From IMG/VR virus record IMGVR_UViG_3300021440_000015, positions 32,001-96,000 of that record: 64,000 bases of DNA; one strand, 5' to 3'. This DNA comes from a virus. The stretch's first letter is position 1. Each line of letters starts with the position of its first letter. Below are positions 1-10,485 of the stretch, in pieces. Made by a program: the position numbers and the translations under genes. The notes beneath the pieces are model-generated. The model ran no database searches and was not told the DNA's origin. It was given only the letters and a program-made list of their open reading frames with translations.

Positions 1-1
1 T

Positions 2-391
2 GACAAAGAAGTCGTACCTGTTAACTGGGCTGCTATCAGAGTAGGGGAAAGACTCTGTACAGTAGGTTTGGAAGAATCTGCTAAGGTAGAAGTCAATGTT
101 CTTAATACGAATACTGAAGTAATCGTAGATAGAAACATAGAGACTGTAATAGATAAAAACTTTGATGTCTTTGATGTAAGTGTCAGTCTAGATAAAGTTA
201 TCACTTTGAAAAATGATGCTTTGCTAGAAGGTACTTACGACACAGATGTAAGTTTACTATTCCCAGGACATGTTATGGAAGCTGATTATCCAGGTTATGT
301 ACCAGGACTATACAGCCAAAAAGGTTATTTAGGACATGAGATCTATGAATCTCTGACTCCTGAAGAAAAGTCAGTTTTAAAATTTGCCTGA
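2..391 (+). CDS. 3' part of a probable virion structural protein (5'-truncated by window edge)
   Basis: Frame is open from position 2 (GAC AAA GAA GTC...) to TGA at 391; directly upstream of a structural gene. Confidence 0.6.
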   Translation, partial: DKEVVPVNWAAIRVGERLCTVGLEESAKVEVNVLNTNTEVIVDRNIETVIDKNFDVFDVSVSLDKVITLKNDALLEGTYDTDVSLLFPGHVMEADYPGYVPGLYSQKGYLGHEIYESLTPEEKSVLKFA

Positions 392-406
392 TAAACAAGG
401 ATCAAC

Positions 407-1246
407 ATGGAAAATATCGTACGTACAGTTTACAGCGCACACCTGCAAACAGCTCAGTACATGGATCTGCCTCTGACTATCAAACCCAATAGCACATTGA
501 ACGAGAAGTTCAACGTACACGCTGGATTGACTTTAGCTGGTGGTGAGTTACCCACACTTAAATATTTGTGTATCGGTAATGGTGGTGTTAGAGTTACGGT
601 GGGTGCTGACGGTACTCCTAAGACTGAGGTTGTGCAGCATCGTCCTCGTGACGCTGCTTTATATAAACATCTACCTTTTGTTCTGCGACCTATCGCCAAC
701 GATCTGACTGCTTCTGAGCGTATCAAGTATCGCATGCGTAGATTGGAAACGCATAACGGTGCTACTTACGCTGCTTATTACGCACGTTTGATGGATGTTT
801 CTTCTACAGTACCTGTTCTTGAATTGAGAACAGTGAACTCTGGTGTAGTTACCAGTGTGGAGTTCTCTCCTAACGTTGGTGATCTTAATCCTACTCCACC
901 TGCTATAGGCACTGGCGGGGTATTGGTCACTACAGGTGATTACATCGCAGCCAATGCCAAAGTACCTTTTACCATGGGTGTAACTGACATTGAAGAATTC
1001 ATGAACGTATGTAATGTGATCTATGGAGATCCTAACTACGCCATTATCTCTGAGATCGCTTTGTGCTCTGGTGTGGATCGTGTCGTGACCGGTGACTTCA
1101 ACGGTGCATCTATTGGTTACACCGAAGCCATAGCGATGCAGGTTTGTAACTTCATTGGTACATTCTTGCCTATGAACGCCATCAATCGTAACATGACGGT
1201 TATGCTGAACGTGGGTAGCGTTGAACCTTTGCTAACTCTTAGCTAA
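407..1246 (+). CDS. phiKZ-like virion structural protein
   Basis: 279-aa ORF with AAGGA SD; sequence (IGNGG, LPFVLRP, YAAYY, ISEIALCSGVD) resembles a conserved jumbo-phage structural family. Confidence 0.7.
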   Translation: MENIVRTVYSAHLQTAQYMDLPLTIKPNSTLNEKFNVHAGLTLAGGELPTLKYLCIGNGGVRVTVGADGTPKTEVVQHRPRDAALYKHLPFVLRPIANDLTASERIKYRMRRLETHNGATYAAYYARLMDVSSTVPVLELRTVNSGVVTSVEFSPNVGDLNPTPPAIGTGGVLVTTGDYIAANAKVPFTMGVTDIEEFMNVCNVIYGDPNYAIISEIALCSGVDRVVTGDFNGASIGYTEAIAMQVCNFIGTFLPMNAINRNMTVMLNVGSVEPLLTLS

Positions 1247-1250
1247 AACA

Positions 1251-1285
1251 TATCTGACTGAGCCACTGAAGGCTCAGTCAGATAT
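1251..1285. terminator. inverted-repeat terminator hairpin
   Basis: TATCTGACTGAGCC-actgaa-GGCTCAGTCAGATA right after the stop codon. Confidence 0.75.
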
Positions 1286-1338
1286 TTACCCTGTTTTTAT
1301 ATGCTATGAAATTGTATTAAATAAAAAAGGTAAGTCTT

Positions 1339-1923
1339 ATGCCTCTAGATATACCTGATGGCTTTAAATCGTATAACATGGTGTCTGTGGATCCAGGGTT
1401 AAATAGAACAGGTGTTTCAGTCTACGAAATTGACATGATGAGTAAGAAAGTGGTTGGTATAACTGCTTTCACTTTGGTTAACGAACATCTTGAAAACACA
1501 ATAGAGTTTGAAGAAGACTATCATCCTGAAAGAGTTTTTAAGTTGTATAGACTTAAGAATGCTTTTTCAAATGTGATCAGAACCTATAACCCTGTAGCAG
1601 TGGCTTGTGAAAGTCCTTTCTATTCAAGCTTTAGACCCAGTGCTTATGCTTCTTTAGTAGAAGTAATAAGTCATCTGCATGATTGTGTCATAACCCATAA
1701 TCACAATACACTCTTCAGAACCATAGAACCTATGGTGGTTAAGAAAACCATAGGAGCTACTATGAGCAGCGATAAAGGTTCTGTTAAGGAAGCTATCCTT
1801 AGGAATCCTTTAATACTACCTGTGTTAAAGGTTAGTTTAGATAGTCTGGATGAACACGCCATAGACTCTATAGCTATAGGCTATACTTTCATTAAGAACA
1901 ATGGAGAAATGAATTTATGTTAA
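1339..1923 (+). CDS. ruvC: RuvC-like Holliday junction resolvase
   Basis: Catalytic acidic motifs VSVDPGLNRTG, ACESPF, DEHAIDSIAIG. Confidence 0.85.
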   Translation: MPLDIPDGFKSYNMVSVDPGLNRTGVSVYEIDMMSKKVVGITAFTLVNEHLENTIEFEEDYHPERVFKLYRLKNAFSNVIRTYNPVAVACESPFYSSFRPSAYASLVEVISHLHDCVITHNHNTLFRTIEPMVVKKTIGATMSSDKGSVKEAILRNPLILPVLKVSLDSLDEHAIDSIAIGYTFIKNNGEMNLC

Positions 1924-2432
1924 CCGCTTTATTTGCAGGTAAGAAGTACGGTCTGTACTTGGTTATCATGCTCACTTTTCTGATATCTTTATTCATGTTC
2001 TTTAACATGGATCAGATCAGAGAGAAGTTTGGCTTTGAAACTGTGGCTAGTCTTAAGGTAGAACTAGAGAAACAAAACAAAGTCATAGAAGGCATGAAAG
2101 CAGTTGTTGCTTCTAAAGACAAAGAAGTTAACATACTTCAGAATCGAATCGCTATTTCTGAGAAATTGACTTTGGAATTGACAACTGAGTTAACCCAGCG
2201 TGATAAACGTACTGTAACCATACTGGCTAAAAAGGATAAAAGAATTTCTGATCTTCAGAAATCTAAAGGTATTAAAGACATCGAAGGATTAGACACAGAT
2301 CCTGGTGTTACAGATACAGATGTTGAAGCCTACCGTGAAAAGGCAAGTGAAGTAAATATCGAGGCTTTGTGGGAATCTTTTTGTGATGGAGATGAGAAAT
2401 GTTTCAAATCTGGTACAGCTACTGGCGTTTAA
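1917..2432 (+). CDS. putative i-spanin (Rz-like)
   Basis: N-terminal TM helix, long coiled coil, C-terminal Cys pair; overlaps a downstream lipoprotein gene. Confidence 0.7.
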   Translation: MLTALFAGKKYGLYLVIMLTFLISLFMFFNMDQIREKFGFETVASLKVELEKQNKVIEGMKAVVASKDKEVNILQNRIAISEKLTLELTTELTQRDKRTVTILAKKDKRISDLQKSKGIKDIEGLDTDPGVTDTDVEAYREKASEVNIEALWESFCDGDEKCFKSGTATGV

Positions 2433-2728
2433 TGGTGGTGATTTCCACCGTGGGTATTATGGGCTGCTCTACATTTAGAGCTGATCCTGTAACTGTGATT
2501 AAAACTGAATATAGTTATATCACTATTCCTAATGAGTTACTCAAAGATTGTGAAATATCCACCCCACCTAGTAAGACAGAATATATGTCTGCTGGGGATA
2601 AAGGTAGAGAAAGTCTTTTAATTAATCATTCTGTTGCTCTTAACAAACATCTGAAAGATTGTAATAGTCAGATGGGTAAAGCCAGAGACTTTCAACGAGA
2701 TATGCTTAGAAAGCTAGAGGTTAAGTAG
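2399..2728 (+). CDS. putative o-spanin (Rz1-like lipoprotein)
   Basis: Signal peptide with lipobox-like IMG-C; Pro/Cys pattern (IPNELLKDC...PP...DCN) typical of o-spanins; overlaps the i-spanin 3' end. Confidence 0.7.
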   Translation: MFQIWYSYWRLMVVISTVGIMGCSTFRADPVTVIKTEYSYITIPNELLKDCEISTPPSKTEYMSAGDKGRESLLINHSVALNKHLKDCNSQMGKARDFQRDMLRKLEVK

Positions 2729-2729
2729 T

Positions 2730-3443
2730 ATGTCTAAAGACAATCTCAAGGAATACATAAAGAATCAAACTCCTCAGAAGTTGAAAAACTTCACTGTGGT
2801 GGATAAGACACAGACTCTTCAGCCTTTTCTAATACGCATAGATAAGAACCCGCCTGATAGTTTCTATCCTTTAATGCCTTATAAGGCCACACCAGGGGAA
2901 GATAGAACTGTGCCTCGCATAAGTGCTTCTATGAATATAGAGGATTGTCTTAATGGGTATGTAGTTTTTCTGGATGACATTTTAGCTGATAAGACTTTGA
3001 TGGATTCAGATAAGTTCAAAAATGGCTATGTCATTTCTAGACTTGATTTTGAAGCTGCTTTGATACCTGATAAAACTTTGGTACCCGACGCTGATAGAAC
3101 AAGAGAACACTGGATAGTAGGGTATGACAAGGATCACACCAACTTCAATCAGCGTACAGTAGGTAAAATAGTCTTTGCAGATTTACTCCTACAAGGTAAA
3201 GCTGATCAAACAAACAGTAAGATTACGATCACTTGGTTTGTAGAGATAACCAATCCAGAAGGACTTTTTTATAAAGATGATTTGTTCTTACCTAAAGGGT
3301 ATCATAAGCTTGTGGTAGATCACAGTTCACCTAAATGGCAAACTTTGCACACCACGATCTCTGAGAAAGAATTCAAAGAAGTAAAGAAAGTATCTGCTGC
3401 TTTACTTTCTTTAGAACATAAACCAGCTTTTTTAAACTGGTGA
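2730..3443 (+). CDS. conserved jumbo-phage hypothetical protein
   Basis: 237-aa ORF coupled to upstream stop; motifs EDRTVPRIS and LVPDADRTREHW. Confidence 0.6.
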   Translation: MSKDNLKEYIKNQTPQKLKNFTVVDKTQTLQPFLIRIDKNPPDSFYPLMPYKATPGEDRTVPRISASMNIEDCLNGYVVFLDDILADKTLMDSDKFKNGYVISRLDFEAALIPDKTLVPDADRTREHWIVGYDKDHTNFNQRTVGKIVFADLLLQGKADQTNSKITITWFVEITNPEGLFYKDDLFLPKGYHKLVVDHSSPKWQTLHTTISEKEFKEVKKVSAALLSLEHKPAFLNW

Positions 3444-3453
3444 AAGGATATGT

Positions 3454-4209
3454 ATGAAATTATTCAACATGTTACAGTTAGCCTTTGAGGATGACACTGT
3501 TAATCAAAGTAAGTTAAACAGTGAAATCGAAGTAGCTATCTATGCTCACATTACCAATCCTGAAGGTTTGAAACAAGCCTCTGAAGTCATCGAACAAGAA
3601 CAAATCGAAAGTGAGTTCATGAACGGTGTCAGATGTAGAGTTAGAAAAGAAATTAGAAACACTGAGACTTCTTATACTTTTACATACAAGGTTAAGAAGG
3701 GCGGTGATAAGGCTCTGCAAAACAACACAGAGTATAATATCGCTATAGATCAAGACTTCTTTGAAGGTTTCAGAAACGTAGCTAAGAAACGTTTAAAGAA
3801 ATCCAGATACGTCTTTCACTCTAAATCTGTAGAGATGAAGTTGGTTAAAGAAGACGGATCTACGACTGTCATTGTCTTGCCTAATCTGACCTATGAAGTA
3901 GATGTCTATAAAAAGAAAGACGGTACTGAGTCTGAATGGTGTAAGATCGATGTGGAGCTAGATAACATACTGCCTTTGATCAATGAAAAGTCTGAGGGTA
4001 AACCTGTTAGGGTTATCTTGAAGGTTTCTCATCTTCCCTTTAAACCTGAGAAAAGTATGTTGGGTAGCTCTCAAGTATCGGCTGAAAAAGAACTCATGGG
4101 TAAGATCTGGGATAATGAATGGAATCTACCACCTTTTGATGAGACTCCTGAAGCTCAGAAAGTATCACAACCTGCTCAGGCACAACCTCTGCCTACACAG
4201 GGGTCTTAA
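3454..4209 (+). CDS. CYTH-superfamily (triphosphate tunnel) protein
   Basis: EIE N-terminal motif, RCRVRK, TYK, KSRY, YEVDVY, IDVEL in CYTH order. Confidence 0.65.
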   Translation: MKLFNMLQLAFEDDTVNQSKLNSEIEVAIYAHITNPEGLKQASEVIEQEQIESEFMNGVRCRVRKEIRNTETSYTFTYKVKKGGDKALQNNTEYNIAIDQDFFEGFRNVAKKRLKKSRYVFHSKSVEMKLVKEDGSTTVIVLPNLTYEVDVYKKKDGTESEWCKIDVELDNILPLINEKSEGKPVRVILKVSHLPFKPEKSMLGSSQVSAEKELMGKIWDNEWNLPPFDETPEAQKVSQPAQAQPLPTQGS

Positions 4210-4210
4210 C

Positions 4211-4627
4211 ATGTCCGATAATGTAAGTAAGTTCAAAAGTGCTTTACTGAGAATCAAGTCTCATGCTAACGATGATCATGATGGAGATGTGAGGGAAAAC
4301 ATCTTACCTATTTTCGAGACCTTAACTAAGCAAGAAAAGATCGCTATATTGGAAGATGTGGTGGACACTCACTTTGCCGAAGGCGATGAGATAGAAGATC
4401 ATAAAGCTGATACAGTCAGAGCTGAATTGGAATTGCTGAAAGCAAAAGATGATTTGAAGCGCTCTGCTGTGATACGCTGGGCACTTATCAGCGCTACTGT
4501 AGTGACTGTATTAGTGTTTAGTGTAGCAGCCATAAAAGCTATATTAGAACTTAGAGAAGGTGACGACATAGCATCTTTCTTTAAAACTGCTGCTGAGCTT
4601 ATGGCTATACTTTTGGGGTTTAGTTAA
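4211..4627 (+). CDS. hypothetical membrane protein
   Basis: ATG at 4211 just after the upstream stop; hydrophobic segments in the C-terminal half. Confidence 0.6.
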   Translation: MSDNVSKFKSALLRIKSHANDDHDGDVRENILPIFETLTKQEKIAILEDVVDTHFAEGDEIEDHKADTVRAELELLKAKDDLKRSAVIRWALISATVVTVLVFSVAAIKAILELREGDDIASFFKTAAELMAILLGFS

Positions 4628-4639
4628 AATAGAGCATAG

Positions 4640-4672
4640 TCCTATACCAGACCCTGAGGTCTGGTATAGGAG
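4640..4672. terminator. bidirectional terminator between convergent genes
   Basis: CCTATACCAGACC-ctga-GGTCTGGTATAGG. Confidence 0.75.
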
Positions 4673-4696
4673 TTATGTTTTTATAAGTTAAATATA

Positions 4697-7600
4697 TTAA
4701 ACACCACTGCCGTCGGGTGTGTTATTGGTGACAATTTCAAAAAACCCACCAGCACCATTTATTTTAACAGACGCTGGATAACTATAAGCAAAATGAGCAA
4801 GAGACCAGCCGTTGAACGGCTGAACAGGATTTATAGCCGATTGCATAATTTCTTTAAAAATTACCCCATTAACATCATTTAAACCGGATTGGGAGACATA
4901 TTCTCTATGATGACCGAACAGAGAATTGTATATTGGGTCTGTGATGGTACTAGGAGCCCCAAATGTACAACCACCAAACAAAGCATAGCTTTCATTATAA
5001 CTTGCGGATACAGCAAATAAAACTGTTCCTGGTTGTAATATAAATTTACCTGTTATTTTAAAATAACTGTAAGGTCCGCCATTTATAAGTCCTATATTTT
5101 CTATACTTGTCACCTGTGTCTGATTAACAATATAAGCGGAATGAGGTCTAGTTTGAAATATGATAGCGCCAGATTCTTCACTTGCGTAAAATCTTCCTAA
5201 TAAAAAATCAGCACTTACAACAGATCTAACTTTGGCATAATAGCTTTGACCGTATTCTAAGCCTAGTAAACCATAAGACTGACCTGCATAGTCTACATAC
5301 GACCCGCCTATTAAAGAAGCTGATGTTTCAGGATTACCGACTTTCCATAGTTTAAGATAAGTCTCACCTGTGAAACCAGACAGATTGCTAAATACAGATG
5401 TTGTTGGCGATATGGCAATATCACCATATGTTGGATCTATAACACCATTTGGTTGAGGTGACGTTACAGCCCCAACAAAAACATATGTTTGATATTGAGA
5501 TACGGTAACCACATTTGACAAACCAGCGGCTCCGCTACTCGATATTAATCTTAATCTCACATACATATCGCTATGTGCTGGAAGATAATGATTTGAAAAA
5601 TTAGTTGTATATGCGTTACCAGTTATTGGACTATCCCAATAATTAAACTGTGAGAAATCAGCAAACGCTGACCATTCCCAAACAGCACTTATTAATTCAC
5701 CAGCAGAGCTGTTGGCTGAGTATACAGTCGATGTAAAGGAAACACCAGGACCTGTACTGTCTGTTGTCGTTATAATTGGACTGTTTACAACAGGTCCTGG
5801 TGTTAAAGATGTGTCAGATATCCAAACTGTTTTACTCGCTACTATAGGTCCGCTTCCAGAACCAGTTCTCCATACAAGTGTTAAAGACTTATCCCCGTCT
5901 GTTGAGTTATCAGCAATTGTCGGTATATTGATTACATTTTGCGCAATAGGTGTTATACTTAACATTCCTATATCTGCGCCAGAAACTGTATAGTCAAAAT
6001 TACGAATAGCTGTTCCAGAGACATCTATGTGATCGCCACTTCCATCATCACGACTTTTAGTCAGGATGAATGTAGCCACCTGACCTTCGTTATAAGTATC
6101 AACACTAGAAGTTATGTTGTAAATAACAACAGGTTGCGCACCTACACTGACAGTACCTGTGGTGGAAGTTTTCACTTCAGTATATCCAGCAGAAGTTAAG
6201 GTATCTGTCTGTTCTACTTTCCAGTAGTAAGTAGTACCGTAAACCAAAGTAGCGTTAATTGTCGTGGAGATTGTGTTTATGTCTATGCCAACACCAGAAA
6301 AATCAGAAGTTGGATAAAGACTAAATCTGTAAGAGGTGCCGACACCGACGACGGTATTACTACCTCTATTCCAGCTAAATGTACCTGTTGCTTCTGCTAC
6401 AGTAGTTGTGTTTAAAGTAGGGGCTGTTAGATATGATCTAGAAGTAGAAGTCAGTACGTTAGAGTATCCACTATAAAAACCATTAGCAGATTTGTAACGC
6501 ATTCTGAAATACAGAACTGTGCTAGGTGGTAAATAGATACCAGTTAAGGAAGGGTTACCTGTACCGTTATAGCTGTCTTCTTGATCGTAGACAACACCAG
6601 ATGTGAAATCAGAAGTGCTATATACTTGCCAATGCATTTTACTGACAGGGCCAGCAGAATCGTTAGCTACATAGTAACTAGACAAAGCATTCAGATAAGG
6701 ATCAGCCCCGCTCACAAATGTGATTGTAGGGGTATCCACTAAAACACCTAAGGTGTTAAAGCTAACTGGAGCGCTAAAAGCAGTGCTTCTACCTTGATCA
6801 GATTTATACGAAACCCTTGCGTAATAAGTAGTAGCTGTATTCAGACCTAATACTGTATAAGTAGTCAGGTGAGTTGTACTATTGGTTACAGACTTGGTAC
6901 TCACTATGGTGGCGAAGCTGCTGTCTGTAGAAATCTGCCATGTGGAAGATGCATGAGTCTCACCCACATCACTGTGAAATGCATCTGCTGTCAATATCAC
7001 ATCGATATCCTGCTGACCCACAGGAGCTGTGATAGTAGGAGTATTTGGATTAGGGATAGCTCCAGACATAAAACTTATAACATCACTCCAATCACTAGGA
7101 GTAGTACCGATGTTAGAAGTATGTCTCATCCGAAGATAATAAGTACTTGCATAGTCTATGTTGTTCCAAATAGCATTTAACCCAGTCTCAGAAGAGCTGT
7201 TAATCAAAGGACTGAATGTATTAGACTTAGACAGTTGCCATTCCACATCTGCTAGTGAACTACCACTACTTCCAGTTAAGCTATAGGTTGAGGAAGTTGC
7301 TGTCAGATTAGGACCTAAACCTTCTTGAGCGTTCAGAGGAGATGTGATAGAAGGTTTGTTAGGTTTGTATACTGTTTTCGTAGTAAACATCACCACAGCA
7401 GACCATCCGCTCACAGACAGCATTTCGCCACGATGTCTAGCTCTTATGTAGTAAGTCTTGACAGCTTGTAAACTCGGTATTGTAAAAGATGTTTTACCTG
7501 CGATCTGATTACTGTAAGTCACAAATCCAGTTTCAAACAAAGGATCTTCAGCTATGTGGTAATCTGTACTCAGATGGTTATCTGTGCCGCCTGTGGTTTG

Positions 7601-8128
7601 AAAAGGAGATGTCGTGATCGTAGCATCAGGTCCTTTATCCAAACTGTTATTAACAGGAGATGTGATCGTGGGTGGATTAACATAAGCACCAGCAATAGCT
7701 CTCAACAATATCTTTTGCCCATTGATCGTAAAACCACACTCACCAGGCAAAGCTGGAGTGGTATAGCGTATTTCAGCGCCATTGACACTATCCACACTGC
7801 CATTAATAGCCACAACAACATACTTAGTAAAACTGTCGTAGTTGACAATGGTGTAAGTTTGCTGTGTGTTGATATCTGCATTAGTTAAACCAATCACAGA
7901 TACTCTATTAACGATGGCTTCATCACCTAGAGTTACCATAGACAACACAGGCTGACCACTCACAGATTCCAATAAAGCCAGACCTTTCTCTACGCCTAAC
8001 ATGTCTGTGGTCAAAAGACCTAGCTTATCAGCAGCCTGCGCAGCACTAGCTCCACCTGTGCCGCCGTTACTTATACTGGCTATATAAGAAGAACTACCAG
8101 AATCATTTTTATAAATATGTTTACTCAT
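4697..8128 (-). CDS. tail fiber / adhesin-like protein with repeated FN3/Ig-like domains
   Basis: 1143 aa, Ser/Thr-rich; repeated P-x-I-T-S-P ... W-Q ... Y-Y-x-R-x-R ... S-x-W-S modules; N-terminus paralogous to 10486 and 61927 ORFs. Confidence 0.75.
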   Translation of the reverse strand: MSKHIYKNDSGSSSYIASISNGGTGGASAAQAADKLGLLTTDMLGVEKGLALLESVSGQPVLSMVTLGDEAIVNRVSVIGLTNADINTQQTYTIVNYDSFTKYVVVAINGSVDSVNGAEIRYTTPALPGECGFTINGQKILLRAIAGAYVNPPTITSPVNNSLDKGPDATITTSPFQTTGGTDNHLSTDYHIAEDPLFETGFVTYSNQIAGKTSFTIPSLQAVKTYYIRARHRGEMLSVSGWSAVVMFTTKTVYKPNKPSITSPLNAQEGLGPNLTATSSTYSLTGSSGSSLADVEWQLSKSNTFSPLINSSSETGLNAIWNNIDYASTYYLRMRHTSNIGTTPSDWSDVISFMSGAIPNPNTPTITAPVGQQDIDVILTADAFHSDVGETHASSTWQISTDSSFATIVSTKSVTNSTTHLTTYTVLGLNTATTYYARVSYKSDQGRSTAFSAPVSFNTLGVLVDTPTITFVSGADPYLNALSSYYVANDSAGPVSKMHWQVYSTSDFTSGVVYDQEDSYNGTGNPSLTGIYLPPSTVLYFRMRYKSANGFYSGYSNVLTSTSRSYLTAPTLNTTTVAEATGTFSWNRGSNTVVGVGTSYRFSLYPTSDFSGVGIDINTISTTINATLVYGTTYYWKVEQTDTLTSAGYTEVKTSTTGTVSVGAQPVVIYNITSSVDTYNEGQVATFILTKSRDDGSGDHIDVSGTAIRNFDYTVSGADIGMLSITPIAQNVINIPTIADNSTDGDKSLTLVWRTGSGSGPIVASKTVWISDTSLTPGPVVNSPIITTTDSTGPGVSFTSTVYSANSSAGELISAVWEWSAFADFSQFNYWDSPITGNAYTTNFSNHYLPAHSDMYVRLRLISSSGAAGLSNVVTVSQYQTYVFVGAVTSPQPNGVIDPTYGDIAISPTTSVFSNLSGFTGETYLKLWKVGNPETSASLIGGSYVDYAGQSYGLLGLEYGQSYYAKVRSVVSADFLLGRFYASEESGAIIFQTRPHSAYIVNQTQVTSIENIGLINGGPYSYFKITGKFILQPGTVLFAVSASYNESYALFGGCTFGAPSTITDPIYNSLFGHHREYVSQSGLNDVNGVIFKEIMQSAINPVQPFNGWSLAHFAYSYPASVKINGAGGFFEIVTNNTPDGSGV

Positions 8129-8138
8129 TTTGTTTCTC

Positions 8139-9410
8139 TTAAGGTGTGAGGTTGTAACCAGATATCTCTAACATGTTACCCCTGGAGTTATAAAAACTTC
8201 TTTGATTAACTTCGTTGTTGTTAACTAAGTTCAGGTTGGTTGTGTTCTGTTGAGAGATAATGAAATTCTGATAATAGCTATCGGCTACTGTAACAGCCCA
8301 TCTCTGATTATCACCTTCATGTGTTTTCCAATACTCAGCGATCTTACCATGTCCCACAAATAGAGGATAAGAAGGATCTTGATAAGCTATGAACATACCT
8401 GGCATATTAGAATGCTTTATAGGTATCTTCTTAGTCACTAAGAACTCTTTATCCACCACCACTAAAAAGCTTTGACTTAAAGTCATGTACTTAGTTAGTG
8501 TAGTATTGCTGATCATTTCTGGTAAACTAAACAGATTAGGGTTGAGAGGATCTGCGTTTAGGTTTAAAGAACTCAGATTCAAAGTCTTACCTGATTCATA
8601 GATACGTTCAATATGAGGTATCTTGGTCCAATCTAAAGCAAAAGTATTGGTACCTGTTTGCCAGAAGACTCCTTGTTCAGGCATGACTATATAGCCACCC
8701 AGTATAAGTATGCAAGACTTTCTAGTTAAATCCACATCTACACTAAAGAATGTTCTATCTACCAAGTTACCAGAAGGGGTTTGAGGTATGATGTTACCTG
8801 GGTTCAGTTTTATCTTGGTGAGTCTACCCACATCTAGAAAACTGATGATACCTAATTTATTCATACGTGAGTGTTGAAGTGTTTTACCACCATCTACCAC
8901 ATACGCTTTCTCACCGTCAGTATCAGTCATGTGCACAAATCCATTCACAGTCACTAAACAGTGGCTGTGAATGAGAGACATGTCTGTGCTATAAATAGGT
9001 CTGGTCAAAACCAAATCAGGTTTATCTTCCACAGGGTAATTAGCAGGAAGATTAACACCTATTCTACAGATATCTATTTTATATCTGGCTCGAACCGCAT
9101 CACAATACTTCACAAACTTAACTTCTGTATTAGGGAACTGAGGAACAGTTTCTAATGTTCTAGATCCTAATAAAACAAGCATTTCATTCAGAGTTCCAGC
9201 AAAGCTGGAAAACTCTGATCTGAGTGTGTCTAGGTCGATGTATATATTCTGAGGAAGAGCTGGTAAGCTCAATTCGATGTACACCTTAGCGAAAGTGTCG
9301 TAGATAGAGAACACAACATGGTTCGATATATTCTGCTCTATCCATTGTGATCCGGCAGTGCGTGCTAAACACACCGCTTTTACGTAGCTGTACATTTCTT
9401 GTTTCTCCAA
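8139..9410 (-). CDS. phiKZ-like virion structural protein
   Basis: Long ORF in the structural cluster; CLVTVNGFVH motif; start may be the ATG at 9395. Confidence 0.65.
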   Translation of the reverse strand: MEKQEMYSYVKAVCLARTAGSQWIEQNISNHVVFSIYDTFAKVYIELSLPALPQNIYIDLDTLRSEFSSFAGTLNEMLVLLGSRTLETVPQFPNTEVKFVKYCDAVRARYKIDICRIGVNLPANYPVEDKPDLVLTRPIYSTDMSLIHSHCLVTVNGFVHMTDTDGEKAYVVDGGKTLQHSRMNKLGIISFLDVGRLTKIKLNPGNIIPQTPSGNLVDRTFFSVDVDLTRKSCILILGGYIVMPEQGVFWQTGTNTFALDWTKIPHIERIYESGKTLNLSSLNLNADPLNPNLFSLPEMISNTTLTKYMTLSQSFLVVVDKEFLVTKKIPIKHSNMPGMFIAYQDPSYPLFVGHGKIAEYWKTHEGDNQRWAVTVADSYYQNFIISQQNTTNLNLVNNNEVNQRSFYNSRGNMLEISGYNLTP

Positions 9411-9440
9411 ATCGGATGGTCAACTTCAGGAAGAACTTTT

Positions 9441-10118
9441 ATGCCGTCAACGTACCCTTTAGACACGACTGGCCTATCGCTCAGTAACAAAATCGTTAAT
9501 GAGCCACACACTTTTACCGAAGTCAACAATTCGCGTTATAGGATCATAATCCCTAATTTCGCACCATTTTATCTGGATAATCTCAGTGTTTCACACGAGG
9601 GTCCAGGTGGTGTGATTACACCTATGGCAGAGAACCAGCATTACATGCTTACTCTGCCGTATATAGGAGCGGCTAGATCTATCGGAAAAATGCTGTATGG
9701 CGGCATCAGTTTTAACACTGACTTCCCCAACGGCACTCTACGAGTAACGTATCAGACTATCGGTGGTGAATGGACAGCTAATTATAATTATGTTCTTGAG
9801 CGATTGGCCACTATGGCCTATAACCCAAGAACCACAGTCTGGGATGTCGTCACAGACAAACCCAGTGCTTTTCCACCCATCAATCACGATCAGAACTTAG
9901 ATTATGTTTACGGACATTTAGAACTGATCAATGCTATTAATGGTATCGCCACTCAGATTCTTACTAGACCAGCACCAGATAAGATCGTGGTGGGTCTAGG
10001 TAACGTTCAAAACTTACCTGTGGCTTCCGATGCAGAAGTATTGTCTGCTGCTCCAGTAGAGAAGTATATCACTCTCAGACAACTGGTTATGTTTTTTAAT
10101 CAGTTTAACACACCCTAA
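9441..10118 (+). CDS. phiKZ-like virion structural (baseplate/fiber-attachment) protein
   Basis: ATG at 9441 after AGGA; YPLDTTG, APFY, YQTIGG, PSAFPPINH, VGLGNVQN motifs typical of jumbo-phage fiber-associated proteins. Confidence 0.7.
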   Translation: MPSTYPLDTTGLSLSNKIVNEPHTFTEVNNSRYRIIIPNFAPFYLDNLSVSHEGPGGVITPMAENQHYMLTLPYIGAARSIGKMLYGGISFNTDFPNGTLRVTYQTIGGEWTANYNYVLERLATMAYNPRTTVWDVVTDKPSAFPPINHDQNLDYVYGHLELINAINGIATQILTRPAPDKIVVGLGNVQNLPVASDAEVLSAAPVEKYITLRQLVMFFNQFNTP

Positions 10119-10143
10119 CATTTTTTGAGATCAGGAGTCTATT

Positions 10144-10470
10144 ATGGCAAACGGTTTGCTTGGTAAAGCTATGGCTATAGCTAACAACTTTGTGAAGGTG
10201 TATGAAGTACCTTCTACTGGTGTGGTGTTTACTACTGCCAGTTATAACGCTTTGAACATGGACACAGTAGACGTGTTCCTTAAAGTGGCTATCACCACAA
10301 GTGAAACTCCATCTCCTGCTGACTTCGTTGACTTCAATGCCAAGATCCCTCAGGACGGCGGCATCGTTGAACGTAGTTGTATGGCTATGAGTCCTGGCGA
10401 GAAGATGTTCTTCCAAGCCAGTTCTAGCAACGTGTCTATTCGTGTACACGGTTTAGAAAAAGCTGTTTGA
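10144..10470 (+). CDS. small structural/hypothetical protein
   Basis: 108-aa beta-rich ORF with AGGAG SD between structural genes. Confidence 0.7.
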   Translation: MANGLLGKAMAIANNFVKVYEVPSTGVVFTTASYNALNMDTVDVFLKVAITTSETPSPADFVDFNAKIPQDGGIVERSCMAMSPGEKMFFQASSSNVSIRVHGLEKAV

Positions 10471-10485
10471 TAAAGGAGTAGGTCC

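Noticed and set aside
1290-1338. phiKZ-type late promoter TATG motifs (also near 23079 and 52816)
   Set aside because: A 4-nt motif is too frequent in AT-rich DNA to call without TSS data
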